A stretch of DNA of 57,813 nucleotides, the filler included, from Sphacelaria rigidula (lineage: Eukaryota), in assembly GCA_964200075.2 (NCBI GenBank). It is 4 parts of 4 records of this genome, joined end to end, with 100 filler letters (N's around TTAATTAATTAA, not from the genome) between each part and the next. Parts side by side here need not be neighbours in the genome. Positions count along the whole stretch, not along the records: positions 1 to 14,380 come from CAXNAA020002280.1; 3 more parts are not named here. The stretch is one strand, 5' to 3'. Below are positions 1 to 12,800 of this stretch, one piece after another (position 1 is the stretch's first letter; each line of letters starts with the position of its first letter). The notes below the pieces were generated by a model that was not told the DNA's origin, did not search any database, and was given only the letters and a program-made list of their open reading frames with translations. A program made the translations under genes and the position numbers.

Positions 1-610
1 TCTGGCCGTTTTTCGTACCTTTCCTAGGCAAAAAACGAGAAGGTATACCTTTTCTAGGCCATTGCCCTTTATTTTATTCAAACAGCGTTTACAGCAACTT
101 TTTAATCATCGCGCCTTGTGAAAATGTTACCCGACAAGAATGGACAATCCCGTCCTGAAATAATAATATAACAACACGGTGAAGCTCCACCTGTAGTAAA
201 GGTAGTAAGGGTACCATTGAACAACCCTCCCCTCAAATCCATCGGCCGCGGAAACGTTTGAAACCTGTGCCAAAGAAAGACATGTACGAGTATGTGAGGA
301 AAGTACATGTAGATCCCCAAGTCAACCACCGTGGTGATGAAACGACTAGGTTCAGAGCCGCCCCAACCACGCCATGTCGTCCTTGACGATATTTCTACCT
401 GCAAAATGCTCCTGGTTCAGCCGTTCAACGATACGAAAGGCGTGGGGATATTCAGATGACATGAACGCCGGTTTCCCTCCCCCTTACACTGTGATGATAG
501 TGCCTGGGATGATCGGAAGGCATCGTCCTTGGGTGCACAGTTCCCGGGATATGCTAATCGCCAGTTCATGTATCCCCCCATCGTATGTCGTTGAACATAC
601 ATTTGATCAG

Positions 611-824
611 ATCTGAAGTTGGATACGAGGGCGGCGCGGTGTACACCGTCACTTTCGAGGATGTCGTCAACCCTGGAGATGTGCCTTTGTTGATCGCTCA
701 TTCCGAGGGTCTCACCGGAGTAGGGGCGACGGTTGTAACGCGAGAGATGAGGAAGGGTAGCGAGGCAATTGGGACAGCCGTTCGAGTGGGCTTCTCTGCA
801 CCACAGCACTGTAGTACCTCACAG
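611..824 (+). CDS. FN3 gene exon 1 in window (SEVGYEGGAVYTVTF...QHCSTSQ)
   Basis: cag acceptor 608-610, donor gtgaga at 825; YTVTF...GDVPLL insert-module motif. Confidence 0.85.
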
Positions 825-3800
825 GTGAGAGATGGCCATCGTTTGCGTGATTTGCCGCTGTGGTTTTGGAATCCCCTGGGGCGAACGGGTAAAGAAATGT
901 ATAGAATGTCGGATTCGTGAGTTGGTTTCCGGTGCATCATTGTTGGTTGCGCATGAATTTAGATCGCGATGGCTGCGACGTGTGTTGGGAATGGATCTTA
1001 CGAGCCGTTATCATCATGACCGAGCTAGTTGCTTCTCTGTTCTAGTCAGCTACCGCATGAGCGTCGTGCAACATCGATCTTGTAACCAGGACTAGATTCG
1101 TAGCGGGTTGGTCAATGCCAGACTACTTTCATTTAAAGCAAAGAACATTGCCCATGCCAACCACTAACGCTCCGTGCTCACCGTGAGAAGCGCAGCTACC
1201 GCGCGGCAAAGCGCTGATTCGTGATAGATTGTGATTGCGCTACAATATCCATCCACAATATATGGACGCGTCGTCGCAAATCGCAGGTCCAGCAGGGCAA
1301 CTGCGGCGACTCAGTGTCGTACTACGTGGTGGAGTGGGACACTTCTGACAAATTTGACTCTGCTGCTCTGTCCAGAGTGGTCTTGGACGATGATGATCAA
1401 CTCTTGGCGGTACAGGTGCACCAACCTAGCTGGCTACATGATACCAAACCTTCCCTTCTTGCGAAGGTTACGGTACTATCGTGGTCGCCTGAACATTTTC
1501 ACTGCCCTTGCTGCAATCTACTGCGAACGAAACTCGTGGTAGTTCAGGGTCTTTGACGTGCTATTCGAATATTTTCACGGGAGTTGGTATCTCAAACGAT
1601 GTTGATAAATGGAAAAAAAATTCGTAGCCCCACTCTGTGCGAAAGACGACCCGAGGGGCGACCTGGGCGCAAAGTCTTTTGCGATTGGATATCTGCCTGT
1701 TGTGTTCGTAGTCGACGATCGGTGGGAAACGACTTTGCGAATATGCAGAATAGCATCCAGTTCTTCATGCGCGCGGCGAAGATAATAGAAACGTCGATGT
1801 GTCATATGCACACTGCTTTCCCCCCCTCGCTCCTGATCTCAACATTTTCCCCGCATCCTTCGCGACACGATAGTGTTTTTTTTGTATCGTGTGACCAAAC
1901 ACCTGCCCCCTCCCGTACGCCGAGAGTACACCCCTCCCCTACGCCGCCCGTCGACACGCACATGATATATGCGTCTTGCAGCGGGTGACAACGAAAGCGT
2001 CCGCATCTATTTCTGGGATCTTCCAACTTTCATTCAATGGGGAAACCACCGGGGCTGTCAACGCAGCGGCAACTGCCGAAGAGGTGCGCTCAGCACTGGA
2101 GTCGCTAAGCGGAATAACAACAGCTGCAGTATCTCGCGACTACTCCGTGGAGGCAATAGGCGGCGATACAGGGGCCGCCGATCTGAACGTCACTTTCGGC
2201 AGTCAGACTGCTGAGTGCTCATACGGTGAATATTATGCCAATACTCGTAGTAAAGCCCTGCTTCGAACAGTAATTCCGAAGCTTGGGGTGTCCGAGTATG
2301 CCGACTGTGTTAGGCTGTAAGTACATAAGTCTGCCCTGTAATTTTCCAACCCTGAATAATACTTACGTCTCACTTCGTGCACAAAATGTGCATGGGTTTT
2401 GATGTCGCTTGGTTGCTACCTTTTTCGAACAGGAGACACTTGCGACTACGGTTTCTCGCCGTGCCAACTGATCAGGTTGGACAACACATGGTACAGGGTT
2501 AAAGGCTCGTTTGAAGCCGAAGGAAGTGGCCAGGTGAGCTATCACACGACGTTTCAATACTCAGAGGTATTTTGCTTGTGTGAGGAAATCGCGTCAGTCG
2601 AAACAGAATCTTCATACGAGCCTGCACATAATCCTGCACAGTTTTGCGGATATGAAAAGCGGAGGTAAGTATTTGCTGCGCCGCTGCCCAACAGAATCCA
2701 AACCAAACTAGAGGGAAAAACCGAAAAACGTTTACTCATTGTGTTCTAACCCCGTGTTCTCGGTGCTGTTGACGCTTGACTGGAAATCGTTCATGCCCTG
2801 CCGCAAATGCATATCGTTTCAGATCCCGCTGGCAGAGGCGCACGATTGTTCTGTTACCGCCTCGTACCACGCGGATGCCGCTGATGGAGTGACGCCTTAC
2901 GCGTGGGCGTACGGATACGAATGGACCGTGCAGATCGTCAGGTGTGCCATGTCGCGACACTAAATATAGAAATAAGAAGATTGAACCTTGTTACCTGCGG
3001 ACGATTCCAAGTGTACAACGGGGGTTTGCCTCTATGGTTTGATACTTTTGCATTTTCCCACGACCCATGAGCTGCGCAAGGTGACCTCAAGGATATCATA
3101 TGTGATGAACTATGGAGATACCTCCCGCAAAAAGTGAGGCCTCTGATGTCACGAGCTCTATGTACATCGATTTACATTGTTTCTATTCAGCGCACCACAA
3201 GAGTAGCGGTATGTTGTTTGCAATCGATTCAAGTGCCCTGTCAAGGGCGTTGCCAATTCTCACTGAGGTACTGCAGGAAATGAAGCACCCTCCACAGATA
3301 AGTTCACAGTTGTGGCTATGCGTATTTTTAGTTCCAGGATGACCAAGTCGATCAAGATGCTTGATTCAAATATTTCAAATCGTGTTGCAAGCGAAGACAG
3401 AGCTTCGTGGGACCACTAACACGCGAAGCGTTCCACCCTGCCATTCTTGCTCTTGTTGCGCAATCATTGTACTTTGTCGAAAACAATTCTCCACCTACTC
3501 CAACGGCAGCTACACCGGAAAACTATCGCCACTTTCTAGCCCGATACATTCGCTGTTCCCGGCGGATTCCGCGGTACTCTACATCAGCGGTGCTGATTGT
3601 GATGGCTGCCTTTACATCCCGAACGATGGGTCCACGATGACCATGGGAACACCGTACTACGTTCGGGTGATGGCGTACAACGCGCTCGGGGGATCATCTG
3701 CCGGAACTGGTTCCGAAGACTCTGGGGTGGCGCTCGTCACACCCAATCAGGCATGAGACTGCGTCCTCAAAGCAACGCATTCACACACTACGAAGGCGTG

Positions 3801-6800
3801 CATATGCTCTGTAGAAGTTTCGGCAAAGTCAGCTGAATGCAACGATGTGAAAGCGACCCTCTTGTACTGTTCTGATGCAGTACGTTGGAGATACCACCGG
3901 AAGGGTTTCACATGCTCCAAAAAAGACAATCGGGCTGACCCATGACATGTCGCTTTGCAGTTTTCAGCTTACGCTTTACACCAATGGGTAAACGTGCTTC
4001 TGACTGACGCAGCAATGGGATTGCTCCCACGGTAGAAATCCTCAGTGAGCGATACGAGCCAGTTCCCGAAATAGCGCTGGTTTAGTCACTTGTTCATGTG
4101 AATATTTTCACAAGCAGTGAGACCATGCGCAATATTTTGGTAAGTTGCCACGAGTCAACAGCAACAGTGTTTCCCACAGCAGTGAAGTATGCTCAATCGC
4201 AGGTACGGACGAACACATCAGACGCATTTGTCACACTCTGAATGCAGAGTAGCCCTAAAAATATTATTTTGCTTTGTGCAGCACATGAATTGGATTCCTC
4301 CTCCAAAAGTTTCAACAACAATCTCCTCGATTTTCACGTGTATATTTCCGTGTCTTGTGCTGATTGATGTTCCAATAGGTCTCAAACTTTTACTGCTTCA
4401 TGTTCAGCCCCTGGGTACCGTGGTGACTTGAAAGATGTTTTACTTACGGGTATGAATGAGCTGTGCTCGATTAATTCCAACGATCGCATAAACACCTGAC
4501 GCACATCCCGTCCACTTCTCGCCTGAACTGTCAGTTCCTGCGTTTTTTACACCTCCTGAGCATAATATTCCTCGCCCGTATTTTCGACAGTCACAGGTGA
4601 AGACGTTTACGTTTCTATATTTTTTTCGTTTGCAGATTCCATTTGCTCCAGAGGACGTGTCCGTCTCCGTAATCTCGGGCTCGAAGCTTGAAGTATTCTT
4701 CTGCGACCCTGTCATATCTAGCGGTGATATATGGGGCTTCCTCGTGCAGTGGGACACTGACGACGGGTTCGAGAACGCTCTCCAAGGCAACGACACCGGG
4801 GCCGGATGTTTCGAGAACGGATACGGTTCATGTGTGGTTCAAGACGCTACGATCGCTGGACAGTGCCCTTATTCGCTCCTCATCTCAGGGCTCAATGAGA
4901 GCGAGGCAAGTATGAGGTTGATCGTTGGAGTTGCAAAGTACCCCTCGAGCGACAGCGCTCAAGCAGAAGAATCACAGTGATCATCCATCAACTCCGTGGC
5001 GAAGAGCCCGTACCTGGTAAGATTAAGCGTGGCAAATATATGCACACTGTTCGAGAAACATACTTGAAACCGTTGAGCCGTACGTGCACAATGACGACGG
5101 ACTGCCATGTCTTTGACATGCACCGATGTGAAACAAACACCGCCTGCTAAAGGGGTTGGGGAAATACCTGCGTTGGCTCAAGCTCAACTGTAGCGGGGGT
5201 GGTGATTCGTTCGGGTGCACCGGATACGTTTGCACTACCTGAAATCACTAGTTCGGAGCGAAACAGAGTTCATGACTAAGACTGCATATGCTGGGTCAGT
5301 TTCGACTGTGTTGTTGGGACGCATATCGTAAGAGAATACTTTCCACGCCATGCGTTGGCTCTTGTATGGTGTGTATTATTTCAGTCTGGCGTACTCCGTT
5401 GGGTGGACCCATATCAACGCCTGGGGTCGAAGTGCTCATGCCGTCCTGTGGACTCATGAATAATCACGTGTCGGGTTTTATCATCTGATATGTTTTCGGA
5501 TATGTTTTCGAAAGAGTGTAGATATGCAAGAGGTAAACTTCATGTAGCTTTTTCCTACATTGCCTAGGTGGATACCCACATGTTTCGCATTCTCCTGCGA
5601 GTTCAAGTAGCCGTTCGCACAGTATAGTACAAATTTCAAGAAAGGCCGTTATGTGAAGCCTTTTCGCGGCCCTCGCCTCTTCAATATTTCCTGCAGACGT
5701 ACTACATCAGGGTGTCCGCGCTAGGCGATGTAGCTCCCCAAAGCGTCAGTCCCACGGGTGAACCACCGGACAACACGAATTGGTCTGGAGTCCTGGAAGC
5801 AATTCCAGCGGATCAACCCCCCAGCTCGCCTGGTCCAGTATCACTATATGTACTCAACGGCTCGACGCTGCAGGTGAAAAGGAAGAGGCGGACAACTATT
5901 GATCGATAAAGTTCGTTTACCGAACAAAGGCGTGAGTGTACGGTTGATGAGGTCGAAACCCTTTGGGTATTTCTAGTTTCACATGAAACCTACCATTCGA
6001 TCTACTCGACGCGACGTACGCGAGGTTCCACAACGCGGAGATCTTGATGGGCTTGGAGTTACTTCACCAGTAGAGAGCGAAAAACATGAGCGGTGTCATG
6101 ATTCTGCGCACCTCGTGATGGTGCTCTAGCGTCGAAATAACATCTTGAAATGCTCAGCCTCTTTGGCAAAAGGTGCTACGGGGCAGCACTCCAGCGTGTG
6201 TGCGGAGCTCACGGGTTCCGCTTGCGCTACTCTTACCCAATCGGTCCAACATAGCCACGTTCTGCACTCTCTCCCTCTACCGTCTAGATTCATGTGGAGG
6301 TTCCTGCGGAGAGTGGCGGCTCGAACATCACACAATATCTGGTTGACGTGGATACGGTATCCACGTTCTCTTCCACAAGCTTGGTCACGCTCACCGTAGA
6401 ATCAGATGAGGTGCGATCGCGTTGCCGCCGTGCAGCTGTTCATCATGTTGTATGTCATGTCCGTATGCTATGTGCGTGGTTTTGCCTGGAAACCAAGTCA
6501 ACATTTACAATAGCATGGACTTGTCGAAGATGAGAGCAAAATAAGGCCCTCCTCTGATGGGTAAGCGGCACGGACGAATTTCTTTTCCACCAGGTTGGTA
6601 ACGATCACCACTGAGTTGCAGGAGGTGATCGAATATAGCTTTGTTCATTAAATAGTATTGCTTCGAACTTTTTCTCTGATGAGGTACGGTGCGATCGCGC
6701 CAGTGGATCCAGCCCACAAAGCATGTTGATTCGTTGCAAAACGATGACCGTTTATTGTGGCAAACATGGCATACTGGGGCGTGTTGAAGGTGTTGTCGTT

Positions 6801-9800
6801 CTCGAGAGAAATCCGTAGCGCACACTATCAGTAATTGGCAATAGAAGCTGCTCCAGCAGAAATGAGCATCCGTACCCCCCTCTGTTGACTATCTGTAATT
6901 CAAGTGCTTCGTTAGCAAAGGTACTGCTCGGTGGAGGAAGTCACAGGCTCGCTCTCATCCTTGCTAGCATCAACCACGAGATCATCCTACTACATGTGAT
7001 TTCTCCCTCCTCTTTACCGTCCCGAAACCTGTGAGCAAAACATGGTGTTACGGTTTGAAATGACGGATACGACACATACAGTACCCCACATGCTCGACCA
7101 ACATGACACTTAACGCAGCACATTTAGATGTATGTGCTTACACACTTGCAATGAAAGCAGCGGAACGTGTTCGTCACTGAGCGGTATTGTACGTGTTTGT
7201 CAAGCCAAACATGGGGAGTCGTTACATGGCGATTTACCACTAGGGTTTCGTGTTGCACTTTCCCCCCTTCGTATTATTTCTGCTTGGACGCTCACCAGAT
7301 GGGAACTTTATACCAAGGGGGCCACGTGGTGTACGATATCCCGGACTTGGAACCCGGTGTTCTGTACTACGTTCGCATTTCGGCCGTTTCCGCAGTCGGC
7401 ATCTCGGATACCACGGCCGCCGCGAACAATCCTGTGTCGCCTAGCCAGCACCCGGATGCTCCTGCAAATATCTCGGCGGAGCCGATCATCAGTGATGGCT
7501 TGGAGCTCAACTCCGAAATCGAGGTGCCTGTGTGTGTTGAATCATGGCATGTGGCAGAGTCTAGTGCGTGGCGCTCTCGAGAGAGTAGAGATCGAATGAA
7601 TGCAAATGCACCATATAGCCCATGTCTGATGACATCATGGTAGCCGGGTAGATGTACTGTGAACACGTTGATCACCGCCCTGAAATTCGTAGATTTGTGT
7701 TGTCGTGGTAAATGTTCCCCACCTCCTGTTTTCTCGTTCCTTTAGGTGTCGTGGACAGCCGCGGACGAAAACGGTGGGTCCCAGGTCTTAGGGTACAAGG
7801 TAGAATGGTTCGAGGCTGACACCATTCGGGAGGAGACACAGGCGGTCAGGATTACGTGGGAAGCAGGAGACGAACCGTTCGAGACGTTCCGGTGAGAGCC
7901 GGGATCGCAAACGCTTGAAATAGGGAGTGCACTTAGGGGTTCCCATCACTTAGCCCAATTGGCTGCTGATAGTTTATTTCACCTAGCGCGATGGTTTCTT
8001 TGGGGAGCACGCGTTCTTGAATGTTCAACTGGGAAAAATATTCGATTGTACGATGTCATCAGCCAAGAACTTATTCCACGCCATGGTGATGCTTGGTACT
8101 TACAGTAAGGACGATGTCCCGACCACTTTACTCGCAATTCCACACCAGGGGGTGGCATCGATCATCGTCATCGGATGACCCGGTGTGCGGTGTTGCGGTA
8201 TAGTCATCTCTGAAAAATATGACCGGATTTTGGTTGTTTTGAATGCGCTACTGGGCAGGTTATGGTTCAAAGGGTATTCGACGAACGTGGGTATGGACCC
8301 GGATGTGTCCTACGTCACAATGCGCGACGCCCTCATGAACATCAACGAAGGCAGCGATGAATTTTTGGTCGGACACCTTGACGTCGAGGTAAGCCGTTCA
8401 ACGTATGGAGCTCAATGGACGCAACCGAAACCCAGGAAATGATGTCCCATCATCTTTGGCACAGCTGAACGTTTCTGACAGCTTGTCCCACGAGATCGGG
8501 CGAGAACGTACGTGAGAGTGAGAGCGATGCTATTCCTGCAGGCGTAGGGGGAATACTCATTAGCTGTGAGAAATCCCTGTGGCTGAAAGATTCAAATATC
8601 CCGTCGTTGCTGCCCCCAAGTATATCGCTTCACATGGGCCACCGACAGCAATCTCGGGTACGTGCACACCGCAGTCTTTACGGACGGTGAAACTATCTGT
8701 TCTCGCTGCTCATCGGAAATGCCTCTTGTCACGTCGCATTATCACGTCTCGTCACGAACCGCAGTGCACAAACCGAACCTTCGTTTGGTATCTTGTCTTC
8801 CGCCCTACTGTGTCGCACAGCGCTCCTCGATCAACGGCGACGAAGGATACGTGTATACTATCGTCTTCATGGATAGCGATACCAACGCCGGCGACCAGCC
8901 TATGCTCACCCCATCCGACACTTTTACCGGCACCGCTTCTATCAGGGTGAGTACACAGGGATGTAGGAGTGATTCAGGTGGGGTTTTCCTCTCATTACTA
9001 CGTTTAGCGAAGTAGATCTAAAGAAATGTCCGAAACAATGGTTGGTACTCGATTTTACTTGACTTCAGAATGCAAAACGTTCTGAGGAAATTTATGGTTT
9101 GGGGCAGGTGCTCGCAAGTGAGCAGTAGCTCCAGCTCGTCCAGAACGTGTCTGGTCCAAGCTCGGCACCTGCGGCGTCGATTTGGGCTCTGGCAACGCAC
9201 ACTTTGCTTAGGAAACTTGAACCCCCTTTGCCCAAGGGTTCTCGGTATGCCCTGGTCGGGGTTACGATAAAGGTTAGCTTTAGGGTTGGCGGCATCTCTA
9301 CAGTACCAACCATTGCTTACGGACATTTCTTCAGGTGGTCCCGTCTAGCGTGAAATCGGTCTCGACTTACCCTGCCAATCTCGGCGGACAACACCGCAGC
9401 ACCTACTGTGTGGTTCAGGACAACAGTGAAGTACGCGGACCTTAACTGCGTGGTATTGTTGCTAATGTCCGTCAACATGTTGAAATTGTTCAAAATGGAA
9501 AAGGTGTACGAAGTGGAATCGGGCATACGAGCTGGCGGTGCGGCAGAAGTGCAAATGATTTCCATCACCGCATCAGGCGAAGGGGAGCGGAATGCATCCA
9601 GCCCCGATGAAGCTGTAATTCGTGGGTACTGGCGAGCGCAATTTGCAAACTCCAACTTCAGGTACGATACGTCGATAACGACTGTTGACAACTATGGGGG
9701 TAATTGGGGAACATCGCTCGGAATGAAACATGTAGAACAGTATTCAGGGGTATCGTAGTACATCTTTCCCTGTTCAAAATCGAAATTTCCTTGCTAGAAC

Positions 9801-12800
9801 GATTTATACCCGTTACAATGAACGACTGCTTTCCAAGAAAAGCATTCGTTATTTCAGGACTTTCCCTGCGCGCTAGTCCTAACCCTGTGAGGTTGTCACA
9901 AATCCTATCTGAGGGAGAGGGTGGCAGCACTTCACGTCGCTAGTCCAGACGCCGTTTGGGACCGTCAGGAAGTATATACAAACCACAGCTGATGCGGGTT
10001 CTAAATAAAAAAAAACGGCTCGGATTCTGCAAGCGCGTTGCACTGCAGTAGTATCCTTCGACAGCCTCACCGCGAAACCGGTTCTCAACACAGCCACGGC
10101 GGAAGTGGCCATACACGGCGTGATAGCTGGTTCAGACTGGATGAAGCGCCTCGCATGAGCGCTACTGGCGAAACAACCTCAGGCGTGGGACTAACCCTTA
10201 CCCCTGTTGTGTGTGTGTGCAGCTTTATTGTGGGGCATCCATTTTATCCAACTGACGACTGAACTGTAGTGATGCTGTACTCTGGTGTGCTGGTATATCT
10301 CAGCAGACTGCTGAATGATGCTGCGTTTCAAAGATTGCTGGCGTCTGTCGCCGCATTCGATCGTTTCGCTGACGGCGCTCGTCGCTGGCGCAACGGTATG
10401 AAGTCTCTCTCAGATACTCAACAAGAGGCGCTCGAAAACTCGATTACTAGTCCAAAGAAGTTTGTTTTCAGCATGCTTTGTTACGTGTTCCATAGCGCAT
10501 AGACGCAGGTCCTGCTCAAAAGATGCCGCACAATGACGACGGCGGTTTTCCTGTCGGACTGCTCATCATCATGCTCGCTCTGCCGTGCAGAAACTTCTGG
10601 GTTAGGGTTACATGGTCGAAACCGCTTGCGAATCCCGAGCCTTCTGGACGAAACAGATGAAATTTCGATAGCCTCTTCAACCTCACCCAAATGTTGAACC
10701 TCAAAAACGAATCCAGGCTGTTATAGGGTGCGTGTGGGGGGAATCCCCTAACAATATGTATCGATTCCACGGAGTATATGTAGAAGAGACAACATGGTCA
10801 ATCGATAGATTGGCAGGTTAGCTGAGTGATGGTCGCACATCACATTAATGTTAACATTCACCGCCCAGCTGTGAATCCAGCCGTGATCACGGGATGGACG
10901 TACCCAACGCAAACACACGGGAAAACTCGCGGGAAAAAAACTCAAGGAAGGCAAAAAATGAAAACATTAGAGAGAGAAAATGGCAGATGAAACTGAAAAC
11001 GAGAAGGGAAAGTAAAAGGCAAAAAAGAGTAGGAGAAAAATACTTGCACATGCCTACACACAAGGCAGAAGACAAGTGCTTTGACACGGGTGAGCTGCAC
11101 ATATTATTCCAAGTGAGATAGGTACTCAGTAAAGTGGGAAAACAATACAGTACTTTCTGCCCTGCAGGTTCGGAAGAGAAGTTGTTCGTCTACCGAATGA
11201 GATCTGCGAACATCTGAAGCACAAATGTATACACCCATTTCAGGAGGTGCATGCTCGTGCGTCGCCTTTTTTGCTTGACTGCACATAACGATGCCCACTG
11301 AAGTCCGTGTGATGCTGATGAAACATTCTCGGAAGTGCCCTACCGTTAATCCTATCAGGCTTGAACTGAATGGTACCGATGTCACTCATTTCGACATGAT
11401 TTCTCCTGCAGAAAATGTCCCAGATCGCCCACATCTTCGTAGTACTTGCTTCCTCAAGGGCTACACATTAGCACACATAACCAATGTGACTAAGATATAT
11501 AGTCTCCCTGCTGAGTTCAGTCCGAGATTTCAGCCCGTGATTGAGGTCGCCCCCCCCCCTTCTCCGCGAAGTATACACATAAATAACAATACTCGTAGAA
11601 GATACATCGTCACATGTACCGTAGTCAAACATTGAAGCTTGCATCTCCCCACAATCTCCGAGCTTTCTGCACGACGAGATTCGAGACCTCAAAAGGGTAG
11701 TCAAGCTATTTCTCCAAAACACTAAATATGTAATGAGGGCCTACCACTAATGCTTACGGATCTTCTTGGGTGCTCCGTCTTTCATGTACTGCCTGCACGC
11801 GACATTCTTCACCTTGCCACAGCACCTACGTGTCCGCGGGGGCCTCTGCTGCTCAAGTAGAGGCAGCATTGGAGGGACTTGAACCCACGGGAGACCTCAC
11901 TGTAACTCGCTCCATGAATTCCGAGAACGGTTATGACTGGCAGGTCAGACTATGTACACAACGGGTTCAATGCTCTCTTGCCGTCTTTCGTTCTTTGGCG
12001 CCTAGTCTTCGTGGGCTGGTACTGTGTTGACCGTGTTATGGTTCCAAGGTGCCTCGCGAATTCTCGGAGGAAAATAATATAGGTGTATTCCTAGATGTCA
12101 CCATATCCTTGCGAGTATGAAATGTGGCTGCTAAAATGAACGTGCAGAGCACCAGGTGTTTTCGTCATGTCGCGTCCTTATATTATGTGGCGGGAACATT
12201 CCAAAACGCAGTCGAGATCGCGGTTTATTTGTTGTCGACAAGGTGCTTGTGTTGTACTTGCGCTACCGACATCACAGAAGCGGAAACACTGAAAATTGTC
12301 AACGATTATTTTCTCCGTCACAGTCAAAACTCGCCTGCTTCTTCGGGACGAGTCCGTGCTTGCAAGGGATTTTCTCACATCTGACATTTGGGTATGAATG
12401 GGTTCGCCGCAAATACCACAAAGATACATAGTGGTGATTGTATTCATTACAAACTGTGCTCCTCATGCAATATCGTCAGGTGACCTTCGAATCTCCTGTC
12501 GGAGATCGCGGTTCGCTGGTTGTCGACGACGCGTACCTGTGGAGCACTGATGATGACGTGGAGGTGACAGTACTGGACGGGGACAATGAGGTGGCGGAGG
12601 CTACGGGGGCATTAGTCTGCAGCGAATGCCAGGTAAAAATGCCTCGACTGACCGACGTGAAGATGTGCTTCTCGAAGTAGTCGTACATTTTCTCGAAGTT
12701 ATCATGTTGTAACGCTCTTCTCTTCTTCCCTTCTTCCATGCTCCTTCGCCCTATCTTCTTCAGTTCAACTAGCGGCACCGACGTGCGTTCCACTCAATGC

